Shown here: in pieces, positions 38,084 to 46,975 of the stretch
Numbering within the stretch: position 1 is the stretch's first letter
How the letters are laid out: every line of letters begins with the position of its first letter
Virus record (IMG/VR): IMGVR_UViG_3300032770_000002
Coordinates: 62,001-126,000 of that record
DNA length: 64,000 bases
Strand: one strand, 5' to 3'
The notes under the pieces: model-generated
What the model was told of the DNA's origin: nothing
The model's input: the letters and a program-made list of their open reading frames with translations, nothing else
Database searches by the model: none
Program-made: the position numbers and the translations under genes

Positions 38084-39141
38084 TCCTTCACGAGGTCAAC
38101 CTCAACCAAGGCCGAATTGGCGTCGAGATGGAAATGCTCATTCGCCTCGACCTGTCACGCGACGCGGACACGCACGTGACTGACCCTCGTTTCAGGGCCA
38201 AGATGCGCCAGGTCTTCACTGACTGTGGCTTCACCCTCGGTGATGACCCAACGGTCATTCAGCACAGCCTCTCAACGGACATCTTTTACGCCAGCTTTGA
38301 GACGGCCAACCAGGAGCTTGAGGGCGCGGCGTGGAGCGACCTTGAGCCAAGGCTGACGGCGCTCCTTTCATGGCTGAAGCGCAACGACCGAGTTTGGGTT
38401 GACCGGATGTCTCACGCTGTCACCACCATACCGCAGTCTGGAGCGTCCTGGGCTGACACGGTGCTGCCGAGGGCCAAGATGCCGAACAACACGACGTGTG
38501 GGCTGCACATTCACTTCCACGCTGAAGACTGGTTCGGTGACTTTGACCACGCCATCCGCTTTGTCCAGCTGTGGAACCGCTCACGCGACTTCTTCAAGAA
38601 ACTGGCCCACCCGGCTCGGTATAAGACTGGCCAAGGCTACGTGGCCACCGGCGACGAGCACGCCGACATCAGCAAGCCGATGAGCGTCCCAACACCAGAC
38701 ACGGTGCGCAGGCTGAAGGCCGAGTGGGAAATGACGCCGACTGGCTATCAGGTTCGTAAAATCCTCAAGTGGATGTCACTGCACCGGTGGACGGCGCTCA
38801 ACACGACGCGGGTTGAATTTCGCAAGGACATTGAGTTTCGGCTGGCCCATGGGACGATGAACATTGGCACCATCACGCACTGGGTGAGCATGTTCGCGTC
38901 GCTCATTGAAGCCGCGAAGGAGACACGCATGCCGTCAACCTTTACGCGATACATGTGGAGTGAGGAGCGCCCGCTGATGGTTGACTACCTCAAGCGCAGT
39001 GGAAAGCTGGCCAAGGCCGACACGTCACACGCCGCGCCCTATGACCTTCCAAAGCGAATGGGCCGTCCCATTCGCCGACTGCTCTACCCGCAAAACGCCA
39101 AATTTATCCCAGTCAAAAGTGAAGGCGCGGCAACTCATTGA
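38080..39141 (+). CDS. Putative amidoligase (Amidoligase_2, GS fold)
   Basis: IGVEME, TCGLHIHF, RWTALN, DIEFRLAHGT. Confidence 0.82.
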   Translation: MILHEVNLNQGRIGVEMEMLIRLDLSRDADTHVTDPRFRAKMRQVFTDCGFTLGDDPTVIQHSLSTDIFYASFETANQELEGAAWSDLEPRLTALLSWLKRNDRVWVDRMSHAVTTIPQSGASWADTVLPRAKMPNNTTCGLHIHFHAEDWFGDFDHAIRFVQLWNRSRDFFKKLAHPARYKTGQGYVATGDEHADISKPMSVPTPDTVRRLKAEWEMTPTGYQVRKILKWMSLHRWTALNTTRVEFRKDIEFRLAHGTMNIGTITHWVSMFASLIEAAKETRMPSTFTRYMWSEERPLMVDYLKRSGKLAKADTSHAAPYDLPKRMGRPIRRLLYPQNAKFIPVKSEGAATH

Positions 39142-39760
39142 CGACGTGAATGACCAGGAGCTGCTCGTCCGGGCTCACCGGCTCGTGCTCGCCCGTGGGA
39201 TGGGCGAACAGATTCCGGCGAACGACCCAGTCCTTGCCCAGCTAACTCAAGCCGTCATTCAGTGGATGGATGAAATACAGGTCCCGGCCAGTGAGCGAAT
39301 GCGCTATCTCTACTTCGCGATTTTAAACAACACATCCGAGCACATTCGAGCGCGATTGAGCCGCAACCCACTCGAAGTCGTCTTTTACGAACTGCTACGA
39401 ACAAACCTATCGTTGCTGTGGACGGCTTATGCTAAACAAGCCGACTTTCACGAGCAGCGCAGGCTGTGGCGCAGCGCGATGCACAAGATCGCCTCAGTCA
39501 AGCGGAGTGGGTGGCAGGTGTGGCATTGTTCGCCGCGGTATCGCGACGACTCACGTATGAGCGCCAGTAGTGATGACTGCGTGGCCGTCATCCACCCGGC
39601 TTTCTTCCCATTCATTCAAACATGTCAAGGCGCTGAGCAGGTCACTGATGAGCGAGCAAGCAACATCATGGAGCCTGACGCTGGCGAATTAGAAGGACCG
39701 GATGAACCGCCATTTAACGAGACAGGTGACGTGGCTGGTGGTTATCTTGATGACGAATGA
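39119..39760 (+). CDS. Leader-bearing hypothetical (MKARQLIDD)
   Basis: GTG 39119 in frame with the ORF-track call. Confidence 0.7.
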   Translation: MKARQLIDDVNDQELLVRAHRLVLARGMGEQIPANDPVLAQLTQAVIQWMDEIQVPASERMRYLYFAILNNTSEHIRARLSRNPLEVVFYELLRTNLSLLWTAYAKQADFHEQRRLWRSAMHKIASVKRSGWQVWHCSPRYRDDSRMSASSDDCVAVIHPAFFPFIQTCQGAEQVTDERASNIMEPDAGELEGPDEPPFNETGDVAGGYLDDE

Positions 39761-40521
39761 CAGCACGAGCTAAAATTGACGAGATGGCCGAATACATGAT
39801 GGGCCAGCATAGTGAGCGCCAGAAGGCCAGGCGAAAGGTCTCCGTTGGCAAGGTTCGGCTTACCTTGGGCAAGGGGAGGTTCGGAAAGCCAGAACAGGCC
39901 ACGAAGTGGGAGCTTCGTTTCACCATTTATGGGAAGAATTACTCGATCAAGTCCTATGAAGCCTCCGGCCACTTGCCAGCATCGATAGTTCGACGCTACG
40001 GCCTTGAGGTTGGCACCGCCATAGACCCAGCGCCGGCTTACGGCCCGGCGATTGACTACCCCACGCTTAATTTTGGCGGTTGGAACAAGAATTCAACTGT
40101 CAACTCCGTCATGGACGAGATCGCCGCTGATCCAGGCAAGGGCGACGTCCTTCGGTTCTTTATTGAGCGCATCGTCCCGCTCATCAAGCAGACCGTTGAC
40201 ACGTTCAGCGTTGAGGATGACCTGCCAAAGGTCTTCATGGGAAAGGGCTCAAGGGCCGACTTGCGGTTCACCGCCCGCGGCCGCGGCTTTCGCCTCGCCT
40301 TGAACAAGTATCGCTTTACGCGTGCGGGTCCTGGCGCTCAGCTTGAGCGGTTTGTCCAAGTCGCCCGCAAGCCTGAAGACGTCCTCGCCAAGGTGGAGAT
40401 TGCCGACCAAGGGTTTCCGAGCACCTTCTGGGTCCTGCTCAACCCTGAGGAGCTTGACAGCTTTAAGGTTGACATTCAACGAAACGCGCGTGAACACGTT
40501 GGAGGCATCCTCGGCCGATGA
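39757..40521 (+). CDS. Leader-bearing protein, paralog family A (MTARAKIDE-MAEY...WVLLNPEE)
   Basis: Shared N- and C-terminal motifs with 40518, 46972 and 48577. Confidence 0.75.
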   Translation: MTARAKIDEMAEYMMGQHSERQKARRKVSVGKVRLTLGKGRFGKPEQATKWELRFTIYGKNYSIKSYEASGHLPASIVRRYGLEVGTAIDPAPAYGPAIDYPTLNFGGWNKNSTVNSVMDEIAADPGKGDVLRFFIERIVPLIKQTVDTFSVEDDLPKVFMGKGSRADLRFTARGRGFRLALNKYRFTRAGPGAQLERFVQVARKPEDVLAKVEIADQGFPSTFWVLLNPEELDSFKVDIQRNAREHVGGILGR

Positions 40522-41330
40522 ATGCACGAAACTTCATAGATTTTGTTTACAAATCACGGATTTGTGGTATGATCCGTGAGATGGCCGAGTATCGCATGCC
40601 TGACGAGCCAAAACACGTGATCACCGTGTCGACCGGCGTAAAGATTGGCGATGAGTATCTCTCACTTCGCCACTCGCGTGGCTGGTCTAATTTGTCGTGG
40701 CGCACTACAGGTCCTGCAAACGCGCAAAACATCTCCGTTTTCGCTAATTCTAGCGTGCAACTGTCTGATCGGCGTGAGCGGTCGTTTCAGGTTATTCGCC
40801 CGCCTTCGACTGAGTTTGCCACGGCTCTTCGCGAGCTCTTGCAAAAATTTTTCACAGCCCGAGGCCGTGGGATCTCACGTTTTTCATTTCCGTGGTCAAG
40901 GCACCTTAAGGCATTGAACACCAAGTTTCCAAATGCCCTCGATGACGTGAAGGCCGAGGCCTACGAAAAGGCCGAGGCGTGGGTGGCGGAAAATGAGTTT
41001 CCAAGCCATGAGCTAGAGCCAGTTGAAAAGATCGAGCTTCCAGAGCCAGTTGATGACAACCCTGAGAGGTTTTGGCCTTATCTCGCGCCGCTCATTCAAG
41101 ACATTCGCTTCATCACCCACACTAATGAAAAGAAAATTGCGGCCTTTCTCAAGTTAAAAGGGCCTGACGATGACGTTGTCCGAGTTGACATAGGCTTTCA
41201 CGAGGTTTACTTCTTGGTCAACCCCGAGGAGCGTGAGATGCTCAGGCGCGCCATCACCTTGGCGCTTCGCAAGTTCATCGAAGAGGTCGGACTTGGCCAG
41301 CGTGAAGAGGAGAACGATGAGGTCCGATGA
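40518..41330 (+). CDS. Leader-bearing protein, paralog family A, with internal early promoter
   Basis: MNARNFID-FVYKSRICGMIR-EMAEY...YFLVNPEE. Confidence 0.75.
   Translation: MNARNFIDFVYKSRICGMIREMAEYRMPDEPKHVITVSTGVKIGDEYLSLRHSRGWSNLSWRTTGPANAQNISVFANSSVQLSDRRERSFQVIRPPSTEFATALRELLQKFFTARGRGISRFSFPWSRHLKALNTKFPNALDDVKAEAYEKAEAWVAENEFPSHELEPVEKIELPEPVDDNPERFWPYLAPLIQDIRFITHTNEKKIAAFLKLKGPDDDVVRVDIGFHEVYFLVNPEEREMLRRAITLALRKFIEEVGLGQREEENDEVR
40541..40573 (+). promoter_or_regulatory. Early promoter embedded in frame in a CDS leader
   Basis: TTTTGTTTACAAATCACGG (identical to 17761-79), 16 bp spacer, TGTGG-TATGAT 40568-73; ATG 40581 lies 7 nt downstream. Confidence 0.78.
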
Positions 41331-41695
41331 TGCGAGCCAAGCACCTCATCGACGAGATCAATCGTGACAAGGTAGTCATGCTTCAACGGTTGGGGGCCGG
41401 GCTTAGTGTTTGTGATGAGCCGCCGTGGTTTGGCCAGATAACTTCCATCAAGTCTGGTGTCTTAGGCATCGAGCTTGACGACTGCGCCAACTTGCTTGAC
41501 CACTGGTGGCTGCACCACGCCACATTTAGCCCAAGCACAATCGGTGAGTCTGGCGTCTACGTGTCCAAGAGCTGGCATCATGGGAGCGTGGAAGAGGACA
41601 TTCGCCAGAATTTCAAAAACGGAATGCCAATCTCATTCTGGCTTGTCAAGTTCAACGCCTCGCGTGACAAGGTCAACTTCTTTCTCAACCAATGA
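41330..41695 (+). CDS. Leader-bearing hypothetical (MRAKHLIDE)
   Basis: Shared leader. Confidence 0.7.
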   Translation: MRAKHLIDEINRDKVVMLQRLGAGLSVCDEPPWFGQITSIKSGVLGIELDDCANLLDHWWLHHATFSPSTIGESGVYVSKSWHHGSVEEDIRQNFKNGMPISFWLVKFNASRDKVNFFLNQ

Positions 41696-42039
41696 CTCAG
41701 TATGTCAAGGCAGTTCGCACGCCCGTTGCGTGGCATGAGGCGCACGCTAGGACGGACCGGTTCCTGGTTGAGGAGGTCACCCGACACGGGCGTGAGCGGA
41801 TGTCCAAGGGCGAGGACGTGCTTTACGGCGAGGACGTCGACGGGCTCATCCACCTCAAGCCAGAGCCGAACGGGAACGGGATAAGCCGAGTGCTGCGGAA
41901 GAACTCCATCGTTCGCAACGCGACGACGGCCATCTACGTCTGTGACTTCGATAAGCCAACGTGGGGCGTCCGTCAAGCTTACTACTACGTCGAGTTCATC
42001 AGCCCGCAGGAATATGTCAGGCACCTACTTAACTCATAG
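41692..42039 (+). CDS. Hypothetical protein
   Basis: 115 aa, ATGA coupled. Confidence 0.55.
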   Translation: MTQYVKAVRTPVAWHEAHARTDRFLVEEVTRHGRERMSKGEDVLYGEDVDGLIHLKPEPNGNGISRVLRKNSIVRNATTAIYVCDFDKPTWGVRQAYYYVEFISPQEYVRHLLNS

Positions 42040-42042
42040 AAA

Positions 42043-42597
42043 ATGAGCGACTCAGTCAAGCGCATCTTGGGCGAGGCGAATTACACGCGCCTTGGCATGG
42101 CTTCATTCGTCAACAAGGTCAACGGCGTGTTGAAGCAGCTTGACGGGCTTAACGACGAGCACGTCAAGCAAGCTGCCAATGACCTGCGCCAAGCGATGGG
42201 ACGATACGTCGTCAGCCAAAACCTTGAAGGAAAAGAGGAAGGGCATCGATTTACGCCGCATGAACTCCAGGTGGCCACGATGGCCGCGACCGGGTCAAAG
42301 AACTGGGTAATTTCCGCTAACGCGGCGATGATAACAATGGAGTATGATGATGTCATCAATGCCCTCAGTGACTCTGGAGTTTACGCCGATGAGGAGGACG
42401 TCGACTTCATCATCTTGGCGAATAGACCACAAGACATCCTCATCACCACGGCCACCGTCCCAGGGACAATTTTAGTCCTGACAGTCAACAAAGGTGACTC
42501 CGTGTCGGACTACTTCATCGCGGCCGACCTCGAGTCCTACAAGGCCCAGCTTCAAGACACGATAGCGGAGCTCACGCAAAATTTGGAAACTGACTGA
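42043..42597 (+). CDS. Hypothetical with leader-like start (MSDSVKRILGE)
   Basis: 184 aa; two modules split by QNLE. Confidence 0.6.
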   Translation: MSDSVKRILGEANYTRLGMASFVNKVNGVLKQLDGLNDEHVKQAANDLRQAMGRYVVSQNLEGKEEGHRFTPHELQVATMAATGSKNWVISANAAMITMEYDDVINALSDSGVYADEEDVDFIILANRPQDILITTATVPGTILVLTVNKGDSVSDYFIAADLESYKAQLQDTIAELTQNLETD

Positions 42598-42610
42598 ACT
42601 CCACAAACTA

Positions 42611-44719
42611 ATGATCCCACTCAAGACATTCAAGGAAGGCATGATGATGCGGCTCTTACCGCGCGTCATCAGCCAAGCGGACAAGCGGGGGCAAATTGAG
42701 GCCGCCATCTCGGGTTTCCAGGACCGCATTGAGCAGCTCCGAGCCCTCGTCGACGGCTACCAGTCGCTGATCGACCCAACGATCGACCAGGGGCGCACCC
42801 CAAACGCCATCATCGTCACCTTTACCTCGAGCTTTGGGAAGACCGTTCGCCGCTCCCTGTGGCTCACCCCATACCTTGACACGGTCGCCACGCTCCTCGG
42901 TTACCAGAACGTGGACAAGGCGCCATTGCTGGCGTGGGCCGAGAGCCTGTTAGGGCTCAACACGGGGCAGGTGACCGACGTCGCCCTCGGGCATGACCAA
43001 GCCATGGCGCCACTGCAGTCGACGGCGCGCCTCCTCGCGAAGACCCTCGGCGTGATGGAGCTGCCTGACTCCACGCCTGACTCAACGGTCCGCCTCCTCG
43101 CCCGAGACCAGCTCCAGTATGCGCAGGCCAAGGGCACCCCTCGGGCGCTGAGCCAGAGGCTGTTTGCGCTCGGCTTCCAGGACGCCATCTTGAGCCCGCT
43201 CTGGTGCAGGTTGGCAGTCCGTGGGGACAATTCTCTGCTTCCTAGGGAAGCAGTGGTCGCCGGCGCAGAGTTGGACCGGCGCCCAACGGCCGACCAAGTT
43301 CCAGAGGACGCAACCTACGACATCACGGCTCTCCGGGACGGCGTGTTCTCACTGTGGAGCCAGACCTGCTCACTCCAAGACTCAACGCAAGCTTATACAA
43401 GCGTCAACGGCGACTCCCCGTTCGTCCAGGTCGCGCTCCTCGGCAATTCCAATCCAAACTATCGCGGCGAGTTCTCCACGCGCGAGCAATACGGCCTGGG
43501 CGACGTGGCGACACTGTCCGGCTCAACATACCTGGCGACGGCATACCCGCCAGGAACCCCCGGCGCCGACAACTCCGGCTGGACTCGAATCAAACAACCT
43601 GCAGCTGAAGCAGTCCCAGAGGACCAGCCGGTTGAATACACGCTTGCAGGCGGAACCCCTTCGGAAGAAGCAACCGCCGAGCTGCTGGATGAGGACGGCA
43701 ATGCAACGGGCATCACGCTGTCGGCCATTGCGCCTGGAACGGCCTTCAACGGCCTGCGCGTCAAGCTGTCGGCGTGGTCGCTTAACAACCTCTCCACGCT
43801 GCCGAGCGTCACGTCGGCCCAGCGCGTCAGCATGGGGTCGTATGGGCCAGGCACTTTTAGGCTGTCCTATGTCGGCGGCGCGTGGCAATACTACCCGAAC
43901 CGGTGGGTCGTCACCAAGCAGCCGACCGGTTCGCCGGGTTGGTTCATCACATTTTACGCCGGCAGCGTTGCGAATGCGGTCAACCTGCCAGAGCCAGACA
44001 CGACGAGCGGCTACTCCAGTTTGGCTGACGCAAAGGCTCACGTGCGTGACGCGTCGGTCACCTTCGATCACCCTGGTGGTGAGATCTGGTTCGAGTTCAC
44101 TGACGTGGTTGACGGGTATGCCAACAACGCGGTAGGAATGCCAATGCCGACCTTCAAGCTTGAGGACTTCTCACCTGAGCGCCGGAGCCTGACGGTGTTT
44201 GACCGGTTGAGCAAGGTCAAGTTTCGGTCGAGTAACTTTGACGCGCTGGCGGCACCAGCAGCAATACCCGTTGAGCCAATCCAACCGAACGAGCTGCTGC
44301 GTGACAACCCGACCTTGATTCCAGGCTACACGGCTGTCGCGCCTTACCGGCCATTTGGCGGCGCCAGTTTTACCCAGGTCGATGCGACGGCCGTCCAGCT
44401 GGCAGACGACAAGCTGTCTGACGAAGACGCGCTGGTGAACTCGGTCATTGAGGACTGGCGGCCGGCAACTAGGACTCCAAGAAGGAGCGGCATTGCCATC
44501 CCAATCGTTGATGAAGAACGGATTGCACCATATGACATGAGCGAGATCCTGTTCACGACGAACGGTGAGACTGAGGTCTTTTCTGGGACGTCGACCGACC
44601 CGCTTCCACCGAAGTTTATCGACTCACTGAGCGGGGTGTCACTCGACATCGTTGACTTGGCAACGGAAGACCTAGCCATTTTCATCACGGAAGACGGTAA
44701 GATTCTGATCACCGAATGA
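42611..44719 (+). CDS. Probable tail/baseplate protein with carbohydrate-binding-like insert
   Basis: YAQAKGTPRAL segment as in baseplate/tail P2_I-type proteins; QYGLGDVATLSGSTYLA...SGW resembles CBM5/12. Confidence 0.55.
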   Translation: MIPLKTFKEGMMMRLLPRVISQADKRGQIEAAISGFQDRIEQLRALVDGYQSLIDPTIDQGRTPNAIIVTFTSSFGKTVRRSLWLTPYLDTVATLLGYQNVDKAPLLAWAESLLGLNTGQVTDVALGHDQAMAPLQSTARLLAKTLGVMELPDSTPDSTVRLLARDQLQYAQAKGTPRALSQRLFALGFQDAILSPLWCRLAVRGDNSLLPREAVVAGAELDRRPTADQVPEDATYDITALRDGVFSLWSQTCSLQDSTQAYTSVNGDSPFVQVALLGNSNPNYRGEFSTREQYGLGDVATLSGSTYLATAYPPGTPGADNSGWTRIKQPAAEAVPEDQPVEYTLAGGTPSEEATAELLDEDGNATGITLSAIAPGTAFNGLRVKLSAWSLNNLSTLPSVTSAQRVSMGSYGPGTFRLSYVGGAWQYYPNRWVVTKQPTGSPGWFITFYAGSVANAVNLPEPDTTSGYSSLADAKAHVRDASVTFDHPGGEIWFEFTDVVDGYANNAVGMPMPTFKLEDFSPERRSLTVFDRLSKVKFRSSNFDALAAPAAIPVEPIQPNELLRDNPTLIPGYTAVAPYRPFGGASFTQVDATAVQLADDKLSDEDALVNSVIEDWRPATRTPRRSGIAIPIVDEERIAPYDMSEILFTTNGETEVFSGTSTDPLPPKFIDSLSGVSLDIVDLATEDLAIFITEDGKILITE

Positions 44720-44943
44720 TACGCCTTTACAAGTTTAACCTGACCAACCAGGTCAAGGTCACGTGTGAGCGGCCCGAGATCTCGGTTGTCAAGGCTTTAG
44801 TGGCATTTAACTGTGGCCGCCACATCTTAAGCGGCTGGGTCAATGGGCTTGAGACAGCGCTCTTCAGGTTTGACGATTCAAGCGACACCGAAAAGTTTAT
44901 GAACCAGCTATCAGCAAGGTGCGACGTCCTGCGTCTTAATTGA
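44716..44943 (+). CDS. Small protein, paralog family B
   Basis: ALVAFNCGRHILSG...FRFDD..D...F..QLSARC. Confidence 0.6.
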   Translation: MIRLYKFNLTNQVKVTCERPEISVVKALVAFNCGRHILSGWVNGLETALFRFDDSSDTEKFMNQLSARCDVLRLN

Positions 44944-44945
44944 AA

Positions 44946-45437
44946 ATGAAAGCACGCGACGTCATTGAGCAGTCAATTCGGTGGTCCAAGCCTAATCCGG
45001 TCATCACGGTTGTTCCGATGGAACCAGAGGAGGTGGAACTTGTCGCGTCACTGGCCAATCGACGAGTCAAGCGAGTCGATAGCCTCTTCTTTTGGGATGA
45101 GGCCATCGGGTCTCATTTGATTGTTGGCGACCAACAATTTAAAATCATCCACTCACAGGATTATCTGCGAAGAAAGTTCAAAAATGTCTTGAACACTGGG
45201 CACGGTGGAGAGAATTTAGGATTTGGCCGGCAAACGTTTCTTACCTCTCAGCCGCCTGGTCCAGGTCAATTCCAAGAGCTTAACCCTGGGATTTACATCA
45301 TGGTGTTCAAGACTGAACAGGGTTGGGTTGTGCTTCGAAAAGTTTCAGGGTTGGATGACGTGCAGTCTTACGGCCATCCTATTCCGGACTTGAAGCAAGC
45401 AATCGACGTGTTTCTCAGCCTGTTGAAGAACCCGTAA
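44946..45437 (+). CDS. Leader-bearing hypothetical (MKARDVIEQ)
   Basis: ATG 44946. Confidence 0.7.
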   Translation: MKARDVIEQSIRWSKPNPVITVVPMEPEEVELVASLANRRVKRVDSLFFWDEAIGSHLIVGDQQFKIIHSQDYLRRKFKNVLNTGHGGENLGFGRQTFLTSQPPGPGQFQELNPGIYIMVFKTEQGWVVLRKVSGLDDVQSYGHPIPDLKQAIDVFLSLLKNP

Positions 45438-45453
45438 ATGCGTGATTTTCAAA

Positions 45454-46221
45454 ATGAAGGCCCACCACATCATTGAGATGGCCATGCGCAAGGCGCGCAA
45501 GGTCAAGTATCATGCCATTGACAGCACGGACGTTGGTGGCCGAGGAAACTATGGCACCAGCGAGTATGATACGGTTCACGCCGACCAAGTCTTGAAGCTG
45601 TTGAAGAAGATTGACTGGAGCCGAGGACCAGCCGCTGAACTCTTGGCCTATGCGGCTAGGGTCGCCAAGGGTTGGCGTGACAACCCGCGAAAACCAGATG
45701 ACGATGACATGGTCACACCTAAGCTGCGGCGTGAGTTCAGCCAGTTAACGATGAACTTGGAGGGTTCACACATTCTCGGCCTCGCTCTCCACCCGGCGAT
45801 GGTCTACAAGATTGGGCGCGGCGGAGCCTTGCATCCAAATCAATGTTTTGGCCACGCCCGTGACGAGGCTAAATCTTCCGGCTCGGACGTCGTCGTTGGA
45901 CTCTTGGTCGACCAGAACAGTCTGCCATACAAGTTCAAGAAATCTCTCGTCCCGCTCATTGGCGGTGACCGTTACCCGGAAGACCCAGACTGGGTTGTCC
46001 ACGCGTGGAACCAAAAAGACGGCAAGATGTATGACGTCACGCGGAGCGGCGGCTACGCTTACTACCCGGGCCGAATTATCCCGGCGGCTGAAGCCGTCGG
46101 CATGACTGAGATGGGGATAGCTCAGGCGGCGTGGCAGTTTAGCACCGCGTGTGAGATGGCCGTTGACACGTATCGCAGGACGCCGGAGTTTCAAGCCATT
46201 TTACGAAAGGCCATGGAGTGA
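45454..46221 (+). CDS. Leader-bearing hypothetical (MKAHHIIE-MAM); C..HA W..D putative catalytic-like residues
   Basis: ATG 45454; QCFGHA, VVHAWN, YDVT. Confidence 0.7.
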   Translation: MKAHHIIEMAMRKARKVKYHAIDSTDVGGRGNYGTSEYDTVHADQVLKLLKKIDWSRGPAAELLAYAARVAKGWRDNPRKPDDDDMVTPKLRREFSQLTMNLEGSHILGLALHPAMVYKIGRGGALHPNQCFGHARDEAKSSGSDVVVGLLVDQNSLPYKFKKSLVPLIGGDRYPEDPDWVVHAWNQKDGKMYDVTRSGGYAYYPGRIIPAAEAVGMTEMGIAQAAWQFSTACEMAVDTYRRTPEFQAILRKAME

Positions 46222-46610
46222 AAGCTAGGCGGGTCATCGACGAGGACCGTAGCCCGATCCAAGCTTGGTTTCGGGTAAAGGCAAGCGAAGCTTTGAAAGG
46301 GAATGAGTTGTCCTTTACGGAAGTCCTTGAGTGGATCATGACCTACGACTCAAATCCTGACTTATATCTCGAAGAGCCGTCACGCGATCTAATGGTCGCG
46401 TGGGAGTTTATCAAAAACAACATTCGGAGCCACGTCAGTGAACCGTGTGACAGCGAGGAGTTGGCCAAATTTGCGGCGTGGTCACACTCTTGGCTGGGCA
46501 CCGGATATGACATCTTTACCTGTGCTTTTGGCGAGGACGTGGCGGCATTCGCAATCAACCCAGCGCTCAGCCCACTTTTTAAGGCTGAAGGACTTCATCA
46601 GGCCACGTGA
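46218..46610 (+). CDS. Leader-bearing hypothetical (MKARRVIDE)
   Basis: GTGA coupled. Confidence 0.7.
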   Translation: MKARRVIDEDRSPIQAWFRVKASEALKGNELSFTEVLEWIMTYDSNPDLYLEEPSRDLMVAWEFIKNNIRSHVSEPCDSEELAKFAAWSHSWLGTGYDIFTCAFGEDVAAFAINPALSPLFKAEGLHQAT

Positions 46611-46975
46611 AAGCTGTAGCGCGCGTCATCGACAAGTTCAAGCGTTGGATTAAGTCGCACAAGCTTGGTGAACCTTATGTCGTGACCACGAGCTACGTCC
46701 ACGACATGCCACTTCTCCCGGGCGTTTATCATCGATACATGATTTCTGGCGGCGATTTTCCACTGGACATGCGGACTGACTTCTGTCAGGTCGATGATAA
46801 GGTTGACTCGCTCATTCACTCACTGGCCACGCTTAACGGCGGAAGTTACCTCAAGAGCGGTATGATTAACCACGACCGCCTCATCGTCTTTACGTTCGAT
46901 GACCTCGCCGACGTGGACAACTTCAAGCTTCAACTGGACCGACGGGCACCGAAGGTCGTGGTTAGGGTGAAATGA
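46607..46975 (+). CDS. Leader-bearing protein, paralog family B (MKAVARVID)
   Basis: SLATLNGGSYLKSG...FTFDD..D...F..QL.RR.P. Confidence 0.7.
   Translation: MKAVARVIDKFKRWIKSHKLGEPYVVTTSYVHDMPLLPGVYHRYMISGGDFPLDMRTDFCQVDDKVDSLIHSLATLNGGSYLKSGMINHDRLIVFTFDDLADVDNFKLQLDRRAPKVVVRVK

Noticed and set aside
43221-44135. 304-aa alternative-frame ORF inside the tail gene
   Set aside because: Fully overlaps the 702-aa CDS on the same strand; S/R/T-rich off-frame composition with no motifs.
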